This document shows positions 25,943 to 40,041 of a DNA stretch of 64,000 nucleotides, piece by piece. This DNA comes from Neocallimastix sp. 'constans' (Eukaryota): positions 868,001 to 932,000 of the forward strand of contig JBODTK010000012.1 in NCBI GenBank assembly GCA_050613775.1, written 5' to 3'. Numbering within the stretch: the stretch's first letter is position 1; every line of letters begins with the position of its first letter. The notes beneath the pieces are model-generated. The model had not been told where the DNA came from and did not search any database. It saw nothing but the letters and a program-made list of their open reading frames with translations. The position numbers and the translations under genes are program-made.

Positions 25943-26443
25943 CAGCACCTGGTAATATAACTAACTCTAACAGTAAACATTTGTTAGTAGTATGATATCT
26001 CTAAAAATATAACATATTTATATAAGTATTCATGATGCTCTGGCATATTGACGTAATAAAATTGATATATTACTATTCATAATAAATCAATAAATTTTCA
26101 ATAAATAAATTTTATAAAATTAGATTTTATAGACTAAATTATCTATTGTATTTAATATATGTATGATAATAGCAAGCCAAGCATATATGATTCGGATTTT
26201 ATTTATAAATTTTATTTTGAATATTACTTTATTTGATAATACTATTAAAATATTATATTCAAAATGGACGAATGGTATTATTAATTTGGTGTTAAATGAT
26301 ATATATGTATTTAATAAAGTCTACGACATATATCTCTCAATAATCGAGGCAATAAAACACATACACAAGTCCACATCCGAAATATACTGCATACAAATGT
26401 GATTGTACTAATACGAGCTTTATTACTTACAAGGTCAACATGG

Positions 26444-26478
<35 letters not shown>

Positions 26479-28017
26479 TATCACATAATTCTTTAAGTGT
26501 ATATAAAGGTTCAACACCAAAAGTTCATTCATTATGACTTCATTTCCGTTATTATATGTATTAGAAGGCTTCAACTTTATAACGACCATAAAATCAATTA
26601 TTTATTAAAATAGTATAATGAGTAGGACAAGTAAGATAATATTCTTCAAAAGATTCAGTTGGTTTCCTATCATTATATTCACATGAATGTTTTTGAGTTT
26701 AATGTTAACAATGTTGTCTAACTTTTTAAATTCCTCTTCATTATGAAAAATAGTATTATGTTCATTATTATTTATTATTAAAAAAAAAAATATTTAATTT
26801 TAGTTCCATCATCTTTTCCTCTATTTACTGTAATTGATTCATTATCTTTATTAGATCTTAAGAATTTAAAACCTTCTAATTCTAATTGTTTAGTTTTTTT
26901 TTATTTTAAAAAAAAAATAAGATATAAATAATATTATGTATGATACATTTCTATATTTAAATTATTTCTATTTATGTGATTAAAATAAATTTAGAATTTT
27001 AATAATTATTTGCATTATATGCATTTTATAGTTAATTGAAATTTTTTTTTTTTTTATGTTTGGCCACACCTATTTTTCAGTTTTATATTAAAAATTTTAA
27101 TATTCAAAAAAAAAAAAATAAAATAAAATAATATTAATTATTATTTATTATTAAATTGATAAAATAAAATATACCTAAATTTATACATTTATTTTATATG
27201 TTTTTAATAGTAAATTTTTATTTTATTTTATTTTATTTTATTTTTAATTAGAGCCATTTGAGTTTTTTGATTTAATTTCATCCTATATATAAAAAAAAAA
27301 AAAAAAGAGTAATAAACTCTTTTAGTACTTGTACTAAATCATATTTATATTAAAATTAATATGATTAAACAAAATTTAATCTTTTTTTTTTTTTTTGTTT
27401 TTTTGTTTTTTTGTTTTTTATTTTATTTTATTTTGTTTTGTTTTGTTTTGTTTTTATTAACATAACTTTAAAATTATATTTAAACAGGTAATAATATATT
27501 TTTGTTTTTTTTTATTCAACTATATTTAATTTCAATAAAAAGAGTTTTATGGATAACATTCCCTCAATTAAATTTCTTTAATATTTTTTTTATTTATTTT
27601 AAATCTATTATTCTTCATATATTAAATAGTTGTGCTCTTATATCTGTTAATTTTTTTTTTTTTTTACTATCATATCAATTACTACTTCCATTAAATTTGT
27701 TAATAGTGTAGTACCTGAGATTGAAGATGAACACCCTTTAGAACTTGTATTAAATGAAAATGGTATATTTAAGAAAAGAAGACAAATATAATGTTCTGTA
27801 ATGTTGTATTTTTTTTTTTTTTTTTTACAAATTTTGGTATAAATGAGAATATTATGAACCTCAAAATTTCTAAAATAATTCCAATGGAGACTGAAAAATT
27901 AATAAAACAATTATACCAACAGCCAATTATATGGTTAAAATTAAATTTTTTTTTTTATAGACGCAATTATTGAGAACTTTAAACTTTATTTATTTATTCA
28001 TTTATTAATTACATGAA

Positions 28018-28057
<40 letters not shown>

Positions 28058-28899
28058 TAAAAATACACAATTAATAAAAAAAAAAAATAAATAAATATTA
28101 TCTGTTCAATTAGAATATTATAATATTTTAAATAGAAATGTGAAATAAGAAGTTATATTCAAAATAATGTGTATAAATAAATTCATAAAAAAAGTTCACA
28201 GGCAACAAACTTCAACCTTCAGATTATAAGATTTCTGTTTAAATGGAATTTTTATTCCGGATTAGGGTTTGAATTGACTATCTGAAAGAAATTTTGATCT
28301 TCTCCTTCCGAGGCATTGGCCCTACTCGCCTGTCTTACTTGTATTTTCAGCATTGACGCTCCTTGGTTAATTCGCTCTAATACCGTCAGAAATAGTAATC
28401 CTTGTCAAATACTGTCCCTTAGATATAATTTCTTTAAAAGAGAGCCGTAGATCGTATTAAGAATGGCGTTTTAGAATAATCGTCAGAAACGATTTGGTTA
28501 AAACATCCCATTTCTTTTTTATAATTTAAATAAATAATGTCTGCATCTCTTCCACCGAGAAGGAAGTTATATAACATCGCATATATATTTTCACATTCGT
28601 TATAAAGTAAATTACTAATATTAATGCCGATTTTCACCAATTAACCTATTTACTACGTTATTAGAAACAATATTATTATTTTCATTATCACTAATATTAC
28701 TATAATTAACAATATTATTTACTTCTATTGTTATTATTATTGATATGATACACTTCGTTACTGCCATCAAAAATCAGTACTTGATTCTATATTATTCATA
28801 TCTATAATAACGTATGTTTACATTACTATTTGATATTGAAAAATATTTGGTAGTTACAAAAAAATTTTTTTTCATAAAGAATTTCAATATCCATAAAAT

Positions 28900-30040
28900 A
28901 TTACATTCAGGAATTCATGGAAAAGATAATATTTAGGAAAGCAATGTTCCAATCGAGGTTTACTATATTCTCTTTAAAACAACAAGGAAAACGCTCTCGA
29001 CAGTCGTCTTCAATGGCATTGTCAGCTTTGGCAGCATGACCTGTCAAAATTAAAGAAATGACTTGTGAAGGTTAAAATAATCCATATAAATGTATAATAT
29101 AATGGAAAGATGAAATGTGTTACTGTGTTGCTAATGAAACTACTTGTAGTTGTTAAGGAGATACTCCATATGAATTTTTAGTTGATAGAAGTATGGAATG
29201 TGTTGCTGATGAAGCTGTATGTAACTGTAAAGACTCAAATAATAAAATAATATGCAGAGTTAATGGAATTGAAATAACGTATTACAAATGCAAATGGTTG
29301 TGATTGTAAAGGAGAAAATCCAAATGATTTTGACTTTGTAAATTAATGGAAATATGTTATATTGTGTTAAAAGATAAAAGTGAATGTCTTTGTACAAATT
29401 TTCAAATAATATATCCTACTGAAAAGGAACTTTTTTCTCCTTATGTATTATACTATAAAATGTTTAGATAAATATAACAATGTTGTAACCGAAAGAGATG
29501 CTATATTTACTTATATAAAGTATCAGTATATTTAATAGAGACGATGAAAATTAACTTAAAATCATGAAACTAAAATATTAGATAATCAAAATGCTTCATA
29601 CATTATATCATCATTTACACCCTCTATTATAGATGAATACAATATAACTACAAAATTAAATAGAAATATATATGTAATAATTCAAAAGTTAATTTTGAAT
29701 GTAATAAATTACGTCGTCCAAATGATGATGATAATAAAGGTGTAGAAGATTTAAGAGATTGCATACTGGATGAAATCAGATGCAATGATAAAGATAAAGA
29801 ATCAACTCTTCTATTTTAATGTAAAGATACAGGATTATACAATATTACATTTAATAAATATAAATTTTTATGATTCTAGATATACTAAAGTTACAGAAGG
29901 AAAAATAAACAAATTCATTGTACAGTAGCTGATGAAAATGGTAAATTATTAAATAATTAATGTACAGCTTGTGATGATAAATTATACGATGTTAATAGTG
30001 GATAAATGTATTAATAAATTTTCATGTCCATTATCTAAAT
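28900..30040 (+). pseudogene. Decayed gene for a Cys-repeat extracellular protein
   Basis: Repeated broken motifs CYCVANETTCSC, ECVADEAVCNCKD, CDCKGENPNDF, CYCVK..ECLCT; many stops and frameshifts. Confidence 0.55.
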
Positions 30041-30273
30041 AAACTACCATGTTATTAATAATGGAAAAAAAAAAAAAAAAAAAAGTATTACGGTACATTT
30101 TTCATTACTACTGTAAGGATAACTAAGAATAAAATTCAAAAATATTTTTAAATATGAGATTATGAAAATTCTTAAGAATAATTTTAAAATTAAATATTTT
30201 CAAATAAAATTTCTAATCCATATTAATTAATTTTTAAATAATATAATTATTGAATATTTTAAATAAAGATCAA

Positions 30274-30314
<41 letters not shown>

Positions 30315-30875
30315 AAACTACTATTAATTAATACAAAATTTAATTTTAAGAATATTTAGAATTTTTAAATTTTTTAAATTCTTATATGAGTAAATTTTAA
30401 AATCTAATTTAATGCAAAGATCAATAATTTAAATTAAATTAAATTATATCTTTCATTATTAAAAATTCTTTTTTTTTCAATTCCTATAATTCATTAAATA
30501 TATGCATTACTCATGTGAATAAATGAATTTAAAAAATTTCAAAAACGAAGTTTTTTTTTTTTTTTTTTTAATATTTTTATTTTTTTCTTTTTCCTATCAT
30601 AATAGAGTATATGGTGATAATGGATAAATGTATTAATAAGCTTTCATATCCATATCTAATTAAACTACCATGTTGGTAGTAATATAAAAAAAAGCATCAC
30701 TGTACATTTTTCATTACTACTGTAAAGATAACCAAGGAAAAAATTCAAAAAAAAAAAAAAAAAATTTAAGTATGAGATTAAGAAAATTCTTAAGAATAAT
30801 TTTAAATTAAGTATTATTTCAAATCTTTATTAATTAGTTTATAAATAATATAATTATTGAATATTTTAGATAAAG

Positions 30876-30915
<40 letters not shown>

Positions 30916-31181
30916 ACTATTAATTAATACAAAATTTTATTTTAAAAAAATTTAAAATTTTTAAATTCTTTAAATTCTTATATAATTTCTATTAGTAATT
31001 TTAAAAATCTGATTAAATTTAAATATCAATAATTTAATTAAATTATATTTTTCATAATCCTTATTATCCTTAGAGTTCATTAAATATGTATTACTCAACG
31101 AGAATAAAAGATCTTAAAAAATTTCAAAAATGAAATATTTTTTTTTTTTTTTATTTTTTTTTCATATCATAATAGAGTATA
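29999..31181 (+). repeat. Diverged tandem duplication, units about 29999-30611 and 30621-31181
   Basis: Both units start TGGATAAATGTATTAATAA, share TACATTTTTCATTACTACTGTAA and CTACTATTAATTAATACAAAATTT, and end TATCATAATAGAGTATAT. Confidence 0.88.
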
Positions 31182-31866
31182 TAAAAAAAAAATATAAAGA
31201 ATTTTGATTTTTTTTATCAAATTTAAATATCTAAAACTATTAATACAAAATTTTAAACTATTATTATTATTAAAATTTTAAATTTTAATAAAAATAATAA
31301 TAATATATAATAATAGTTTATTTTCTATTAGATGGCTTATCAATTATGTGCCCCTTGTATTTAGGTTTCTGCTTGTCAGACCAAGATTTCGCTATCTCTT
31401 CTTCTCAAATTTACCTCAAAACGTAAATTTTGGGAGTCACTATGTGAATTGATCGGCAACTACGATTTTCATAGTTATAATAATAATAATTATAATAATA
31501 GTAACTATAATAACTTTGCAACAAAATTATAATTTATAATATTTATAAATATATATATATAAATATATATATTTTTTTTTTGCAAAGTTGAAAAAAAAAA
31601 TTTAAATTTAAATTTAAGATTTAAGAACTTTAATTTAAAAAATTATTTCATAAATACATTGATTACATTAATTCATATTTAAAGAATAAAAGTTTTTAGT
31701 ATTTAATCCAATAATTTATAATTTTTTTATTTTTATTATTAATAATAAAAAAAAAAAAAAGAAAAGAAAAAAAAATAAGTTATTGTATTAATAATATATA
31801 ATTAACTTTATTAAATAGTATTTCTTATAAATATATATAGATTTAAATAAAGAATTTCAAATAATT

Positions 31867-31913
<47 letters not shown>

Positions 31914-32242
31914 AAAATAAAAAAATAAATAATAAATGAAGATTAACCTAATTATTTTAAAATTATTTTTAGAAAAAAATTTTTTAAAAATAATTATTAT
32001 TATAGATTAAGCGGCATTTCTAATTATATATATACATAGTTATATTTATCCTTTTGAAAGAGGAGGTTTATATAAATTATAAATGAATTATAAAATTTTT
32101 TTAAAATTTTTTTTGTAAAATATTTTAACATTTAATAAAGCATTTTAATAATAAAAAAATAAATATTCGTTATAACAGTAAATTAAAAAAAAAAAAAAAA
32201 ATTTATTTCGTATATATTTGTATTTAGTATTTAAAATTTATA

Positions 32243-33250
32243 ATGAATATTTATTCAAAACTTTGTTTAGTTGCAGCTATTTTTATAGCACAATGCAACT
32301 CTGGATTGATCAGTAATTAAAATACTTTTTTTTTTTTTTATTTTATTTTATTTCTTGTTAATTATATTTACAATTATTTATAAAAATCATTCTCTTGAAA
32401 TTATGGTACATACATATATATATATTATTATTATTAAATATAAATATAAATATATATATATATAAATATAAATATAAATATATATTTAAATAGGATTAAG
32501 AGAAGAAACCGAAGATTTTGATTCCATTAAAGAAATATCAGGACTTCCCACATGCGAAAATATAATAAAAAGCAAAAAATGTATGAAAAATGGTGATTCA
32601 GGTAGTTACTGTATAAAAAATACTAAAATTTATAAAAATGATTATACGGAATGTATTCCTATTAATACCAGTGATTTAGATAGCTCAGTGATTAAATTTG
32701 ATAATAATTATAGTAAAAGTTACAGTAGCTCTTCCATGGCCTACATATGTACGTTAAATTCCTCAAACTATGTCAATTCATGCAAATTTATAAAAGGATA
32801 TATTATTAGTTATAGTGATATAGTTCACTGCAATGCCATTGATGATGAATGTGAAAAAATTTATTCCCCTGAGAGTTGTAAAGAAGGAGATGAAGGAGCT
32901 TTAGGAATAGAACCTTCGGAAAATGGAAGTAGTAGTGATAAACAGTACAAAATATGTTTCGGTACAAATGGTGTACTATTACCAAAAGGGGTTGATTATT
33001 ATTCAACGAATGAAGAAAGATATATTGCATTTACTACAACTAAAATAAATAAAATCTATGGTAAACATAATGTCAATGAAATCATTGTGCTTAATGTTGG
33101 ACCTGACGTTGTTTACGCAGATTCCTTAAAGGGTAACATATATACTTAATAATTAATAATTAATAATAATTAATAAATAATAAATAATAAATAATAATTA
33201 ATAGATAAAAAAAATAATAGATAAAAAAATAATAGATAAAAAAATAATAG

Positions 33251-33286
<36 letters not shown>

Positions 33287-34016
33287 ATTTCAATAATTTA
33301 ATAATTATTTAAATTAATTAGACGGCCAGGAAAAATATTTCATTAATCAAAACTATCAATCAGACAATCCAGAGAGTAAGCCATTAATTCATTGTAATGG
33401 CTCTAAGTGTGTTGAATTAGATATGCCTGAAATCCCTGCTGATGGTGAGGTTCACTATCTTGATGGCTACAGTAAAATGAATGTTATTACCTGTAGCAGT
33501 GAAGGATGTACTTCAGAAAATAAATGTACTGGAAAAATCAATTATCCCAAATATTTCATAAATCATGCTGATCAAAAAAGAGTCATTACTTGTAAAATAA
33601 ATGGATGTTTCCTTGAAGAACCCAGACAAGGAATATATAATCAAGATCGTAATAATTTTGACGAAACAAAAAGCTTGATTTTGTGTAATTCGGAAAGTTG
33701 TAAGTATATAGACAATAAGAATGTATGTAATGAAGCTGGGGATGAAGGCAATGTATATTCTAGAGGATATACCATTAGTATTTGTACTGGTGAGGCCAAA
33801 TGGAAAAATTTTGAATTAGATAGAAATAATAAATACCTTTTGCCTAAAGAAACTGCTAGTAAATTCTTTAATAATATACCTGAAGACAATATTCTAATTC
33901 TTGGAGAGGCTTCATCCATTGTTTACGAAGATAGTAATTATATTAAAATTTTATATCTAGATGACTTTAATTTATATTAACTAGTAATAGTGATGATAAT
34001 AATAATAGTAGTAGTA

Positions 34017-34078
<62 letters not shown>

Positions 34079-34083
34079 TTAAA

Positions 34084-34121
<38 letters not shown>

Positions 34122-35678
34122 AATTATTAAAAATTTTACTAATAATATTTTTAATAATTATTAATAGAACCAATTAATGGTTATTATAAGAGTGGGGATT
34201 CTACAACTACACAAGAAATTTCCTACATTCAATGTGATTCCAAGTCCTGTAAAGATTCAGAAATTTTAGAAAGTTGCACAAAAGAAACCATAGGAGCATT
34301 AATAAAAGATTCCTCTAATAGTATTGGAATTTGTGTAGATGAAAATAAAATCATTACATTTAATAGATACTATGAAGAAAAGATCTATTATAATTCTAAT
34401 TATAATGTATTTGAATTAACCAGTGACCAATATGCTTTGTTAGATATTAACCCTTTCTCTGTGACATTGAAAAATTTAAAGGCCCCTTTAACCTATTATA
34501 TCAATAAGGATAAGACAAAAAATACAAAACCATTAATTAAAAGTCAAGGATCCATCTACACCTATATTGATCCCTATACCACCAACAGATCATTTTTCAT
34601 TGATGGAGATGATATAAAAAATATTATTACTTGTGAGGGCACCAAATGCTCTACCAAAGCAGCTACCTTTGGTTATTACTTTAATGGAGGTGAGGATAAA
34701 GAAGCTTCTAACTTTATATACTGTATCTATTTCCATGGATGTAGTAAAGTATCCATTACCACCGATAAATGTAAATCTAGCCTAGATGTCATTACCAAGG
34801 ACAAAAAGTATTATGTATGTTTAACTGATAATGGAAGTAAAACGGAAGAACTTAAAGTCGATGCCAATCCTGTTCCAATATACAATAAAATAATCAATTC
34901 CGAAAGAATATCTCTTACCAATGGACGATACATTGGAAACAGCAAAACAGAATTTGATATCAAAATTGGTAATGATGGTAGTGTTCTTTTATTAACTAAA
35001 GCTACTCTTGAAGGATGTATTAATCTCAGTGAAGCCAATGAATGTGTCTCTGAGCCCTGTTCGAAAAAATGCTATCCCACCGCCTATGGTGGTGAATATT
35101 GTGTTGGAACGGACAACATTATTCGTTACACAAAGGCTTTAGAATCGGATACCTTCACTTGTCAAGTCATTGATAGTAAAGGATATACATCCAATAGCGT
35201 TTCCGGTAATGTCAAATTTTTCTTCTTTAATGAATTTTTTGAAATAATTAACGAAATTGCTCCAGGTATGGATAACATTAATATAGCCTATAAATGTTCC
35301 TATGGTACCACCAATGAAATCACTAATTGTGAAATTGCCTCAGGTTCCTATGTTGTCGATGGAAAATATAAAGTTGAGTGTACAGGCTTTAGACAAGATT
35401 ATTGTGTAGTATCGGATAAATTGGATGTTACTCCTACTAGTACAACTTCTAGTCCTAGCCCAAGTTCTAATTCTGGCACCGGTTCTAGCTCCGGTTCTGG
35501 TTCTGGTTCAAGTACTCCTACAGGTACTGATAACAAATCTACTACTACACCAACACTAATTACCATTGATGATGGTGAAAAAAATACAGGTAGTGGAGCT
35601 GTTTCATTGTATTATAAACTTCCATCATTTATGACTTTTTCCATCATATTTATTATAACTATTTTATATCACATGTAA
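32243..35678 (+). CDS. Fungal cellulosome scaffoldin-like Cys-rich surface protein; 4 exons (32243-32312, 32494-33132, 33322-33933, 34168-35678), 943 aa
   Basis: Three GT-AG phase-1 introns join the ORFs in frame (2832 nt). Signal peptide MNIYSKLCLVAAIFIAQCNS; repeats of type (G)Y(Y/F)IN..(L/I)IxC..C such as YFINQNYQSDNPESKPLIHCNGSKC and GYYFNGGEDKEASNFIYC; Ser/Thr/Gly linker; hydrophobic C-terminus. Scaffoldin call rests on motif resemblance. Confidence 0.8.
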
Positions 35679-35881
35679 TTTATAATTTAAAATAATTCTT
35701 CAATTATAATTTTTTAAATTAAAAGAAAAAGCAAATTTTATATTTGTTAATAATAATGTATCATAAATTATTTAAAAAAGAGTCATCTTTAAATATTAAA
35801 TTATTTAAAATAAGGGAAAAGTAATTACAAAATTTATTATTTAAATTTATTTTTTTTTTTTACAAATAAAATAAAAAATTA

Positions 35882-35926
<45 letters not shown>

Positions 35927-36541
35927 ATAAAAGACCATTTAAGCATTCATGTTGATATATTTTTCAATTAAATTATTAATATATTTTTTTATATTTTTAT
36001 TATTGTGGAAAAAATTATTCAATAGTATATTTAGAAGTAGGAATTTGTTATTATAAAAAATGTTGATTAAAGAAATATAAACAGTATATTTCATATCTTT
36101 TCCATGATCTATATCACTGTAAAAATTTTCATTTTATTTTCATTTTTTTACCACGATAGAAACATTAATTTTCTTATTGCTATCTTTTCCACGTATTTCG
36201 AATGAAATATTTTATGGATATTGAAGTATATATATTGAATAGATATTATTAAGTATGTCTTTTTTGGTCTATCTTTAAAAAATTCTTTAAAACAATTCCG
36301 ATAATAATAAATAATAAAATTATCATTCTGTTTGATGAATGTTCATAAAAAAAAAATACTATTTTAATATATTTTGCTTAGTAAAAAAAATTTTTTTTTT
36401 TTTACTAAATTAATTACTTTTTTTCTATAAGAGATTATCTTTTAAAGAAAAAAAAAAGCAATAATTTAAATCTACACTATTTTATTCAATGAATACTCTC
36501 TATATTGTAAATAACAATATTATCTATTAAATTAATAATTC

Positions 36542-38230
36542 TGTTAATTTTAATTTTTAATATTTTATATATAATTTATTTTACTTCAGTCTTTATTGTA
36601 TTTTATTTTATATAATTCATTCTATTATACTTCAACCTTTATAAAAAGAATAATATTGAATACATTGTTATTAACATAAATTTTATTTATTTCTATTGTG
36701 TTTACCGCTTTGAAGTTTGATTCCTTAACAGATTAAGAGTCTCAAACAAAAGACACTAAATTTATTATAATATTAATAATATATAGGCTTAATTTTTAAT
36801 TTATTAAATATTTTTTTTTTTTAATATATTAATTACTTTGAATCAAATGGTATTAATGGTATTAATTTCATTCACTCTGTTCCAGGAAACACCCCTCAAC
36901 AAAATGAACGTGCTGAAAGTTTGAATTAAACCTTAAATTCTTGTACGTCTACCTTAACTTAATTCTGTTAAACTTTCTTCAAAATTATAGGAATCTACCA
37001 TACTTTATGCTACTTATTTATATGATTTAAATCCTCCTTAAAGCATTAATTATAAAATTATCAATAAAAAAAATTTCAATAAACTAGTGGATAAATCTCA
37101 TCTTAAGGTTTTTTTTTTATTTTTTGGATGTAAAATATACTTCTACAATAACCATAAATCTAATAAAGTTTATTAATAATACTAAATCTGGTATTTTCTT
37201 AGGATATTGATTTTGACTCAATATTTTATATCCAAATGAGTATTTGGATATAAAATATTGGATATTTCTACTAACTTCATTATTACAGTACGAGATGTCT
37301 ATTTTATTGAAGATATGCCTGGTACTATTAATATTACATTCTTTTGTGATGAATATATTGATTCTATTATGAATTTTATGTATTTTCTAATTGAGGGTAA
37401 AAGTTTTAATTCTTATTCTAATAATAACAAGTATTTTCAATTAATTAACTCTTCAAACAATTAAAATAATTATAATATAATAATAATAATAATAATGTAA
37501 AAATAATAAGTATAGTAATAACAGTAATGGTAATTCTAATATTAATAATAATATTAAGACTAAAAATAAAAATAATACTTTAAAATCAAAATCAATCATC
37601 TGATAAAGAAAGTGAATATTCAAGCAAATCCGATAATGAATCTTTAAATAAAAGAAAATCCAACTCATTAAACAAGAAAAGATTATAGAGTTATACTTCA
37701 ACAGCCTCAGATGAATAAGTCTTAAATTAAAGGAAAGAAAAAAAAAGTAAAATCTAATAAAAAAAATATAAAATATTAAATATTAAGATAAATTTACCAA
37801 TCACTTATCAACAACCAACAAATTCCTCAGAAAAGGAAGAATGAAAAATAGCAAAAAATGACGAATTAACAAATATTAATGATAATAAAGTAATGGAGGT
37901 CGTTGATTACATCTCAAAAGACGCAAATGTAATTGGAACAAAATGGGTTTTTATCAAAAAGGAAAATGGCATGAAAAAGGCAAAATTAGTAGTTTTTGGA
38001 TGCCAGCAAATACCTAATGAAGATTTTATGTAAACATATTCACCAACAAATTCAAAACTGATAATTTAAAGTTAACTGTTGCTGTTGCTTCTAAAAATGA
38101 TTGGACGTTGAAGCAATTAAATATTAAAGCACCCTTTTTAAATGCCAATTTAAACGAAAGAATCTACGCTAAAAAAATTCTTTATGGAGATAAAAATTAT
38201 ACTAAATAACAATAAATTTTGGTTACTTAT
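36542..38230 (+). mobile_element. Internally deleted, degenerate Ty1/copia element (putative LTR 36542-36730, PBS 36731-36744, IN and RT relics)
   Basis: TGTTAA...TTAACA, then GATTAAGAGTCTCA. Relics: HSVPGNTPQQNERAESLN, TKSGIFLGY, ITVRDVYFIEDMPG, VIGTKWVFIKK..KKAKLV, LKQLNIKAPFLNA. Gag and protease are missing. Confidence 0.85.
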
Positions 38231-38257
38231 GAACTTTTACCTTTTAAGTTTATTTTA

Positions 38258-38289
<32 letters not shown>

Positions 38290-38987
38290 TAAAAATAAAT
38301 AAAATATGAAACAATGAAAACACACCAATTTTTGTTAACCTTTCTTTTTTTTTTTTTAAATAAACATTTATTTTTATTTATTTATTCGTTTTCTTGAATT
38401 TATAATTATTTATTTAATTAAAAATTCTATACATTTAATAAATTATATATCTCTTTTATATTTTTTTAATTTTTTAAATATTTTTTTTATATATCTCTTT
38501 ATAAAATTTTTGTTTCTTTTTTTTTATAAACAGTTTTTTTTTTATATTATTATTATTTTTTTTATGCTTTATTGCTTTAAGAATTTATTTTATTTTTTAT
38601 TTTTTAATAAAATAAAAAATTGAAAATAAAATTCATATTTATATAAATAAATTTATAATTATTAATTATTAAACATAAAACTAATTAATAATTATTCAAT
38701 ATTATCTATTAATATTTATCAAAAATATATTCTAAATAAGTTATATATATTATTTTATTTCTTAAAATTATTTTAATTTATAATTATTAAGAAATGGAAA
38801 AAAAATAATGATAAAATAAATTTTTTTTTTTTTTAGGATGGAATATATATGTAAATAAAAATTATATTTTACATATCAAAAGTTTTACTTTAAAACTTTT
38901 CATCAAACTATAATGTTAAAAAAAAAATCTTTTTTTTTTATCTTATTTTTTTTTTAATCGAAATTTACTATTCTATTTTTAATTCAT

Positions 38988-39713
38988 TTAGAATAAAGCG
39001 TAAACTGCAGCAATAACTAAAGCCATAGTGTACTTTAAGGTAGAAGCACCACTAGATTGGGCATTGGCATTAGCGTTAGCATTGGCATCAGTACCGTTAA
39101 CGGAGACTTGAGTACCATTGTTAGCAGCAGCATTAGCATTGGCATCAGTGCTGTTACCAGCATTAGTAGAGTTGTTAGCAGCAGCATCACCATTAGCATT
39201 TGCGTTGGCATCAGCTGGACCACATTCTTGTAATCCCTTTAAGATTTCTTCATAGGTAGCAATGGAGGATTCCTTGTTCTTGTTTAATTTCTTACCTTCA
39301 ACGAAGAGCTTGTAAGCTTCAATGGAAGCAGAAGTACAAGCCTTAGAGGCACAAGTATCCTTGACCTTATCAGCCTTGTTGTTTCTGTATAATGGACAAG
39401 CCTTACCATCTTCAGTCTTAGCAGTGTATAAGACGTTGTAAGCTTGAGAGAATTTAACATCAGCAATTAACTTGTCCTTAGTTTCATCATCTAAATCATT
39501 ACACTTAGCAAGGGCAGCAATTGGGTCCTTGTATAAGTTTTGACATTTATCAGATTGGTAAATCTTAACAAAGTCATCAACTTTAGCAGCTTCAGTGTTA
39601 CCACATTCTTCGAAGTCAGCGAAAGCCTTCTTACAGTCACCAGAAAGGGAAACTGTATCAGCAAGAGCAGCAGAAGCAGCTACTAAACCTAAAGCAACGT
39701 AAGCAAATTTCAT
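38988..39713 (-). CDS. Secreted Cys-rich, probably GPI-anchored surface protein, copy C (241 aa)
   Basis: Same architecture and 8 Cys as copies A and B; differences concentrated in the signal peptide, N-terminus, stalk and tail. Confidence 0.92.
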   Translation of the reverse strand: MKFAYVALGLVAASAALADTVSLSGDCKKAFADFEECGNTEAAKVDDFVKIYQSDKCQNLYKDPIAALAKCNDLDDETKDKLIADVKFSQAYNVLYTAKTEDGKACPLYRNNKADKVKDTCASKACTSASIEAYKLFVEGKKLNKNKESSIATYEEILKGLQECGPADANANANGDAAANNSTNAGNSTDANANAAANNGTQVSVNGTDANANANANAQSSGASTLKYTMALVIAAVYALF

Positions 39714-40004
39714 TTTTAATTTTTTATTAATTAATTTTAAATTTTTTTGTTTCCTTTTTTTTTTTTAATAAAAATTAATATTTTTAATTAATATAAGAAA
39801 AAAAAAAAAAAGAGAAATTTTTTTCTTTATTTATATAATGAAAAAAAATTTTTTTTTTCTTTTATTCGACATAAAAATTAAAACTTAAAACATTAATATT
39901 TAAGATTTGTTTCAAAGGTGGCAATTAATAACTTTAATATTTTCAATGAAAAACAAATAAAAAATATATATATATATATAATAAAAAATTAAAAAAGATA
40001 ATGA

Positions 40005-40041
<37 letters not shown>

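Noticed and set aside
26163..26720. Possible gene in a moderately complex island
   Set aside because: Only short ORFs interrupted by poly-T, with no recognisable motif.
31330..31470. GC island considered as an snRNA or snoRNA
   Set aside because: No recognisable U1-U6 or box C/D motifs; the - strand reads SWSDKQKPKYKG, more like a gypsy integrase C-terminal scrap, but too short to call.
33967..34173. Poly-Leu/Phe ORF on the - strand
   Set aside because: Microsatellite and poly-A inside intron 3 of the scaffoldin-like gene.
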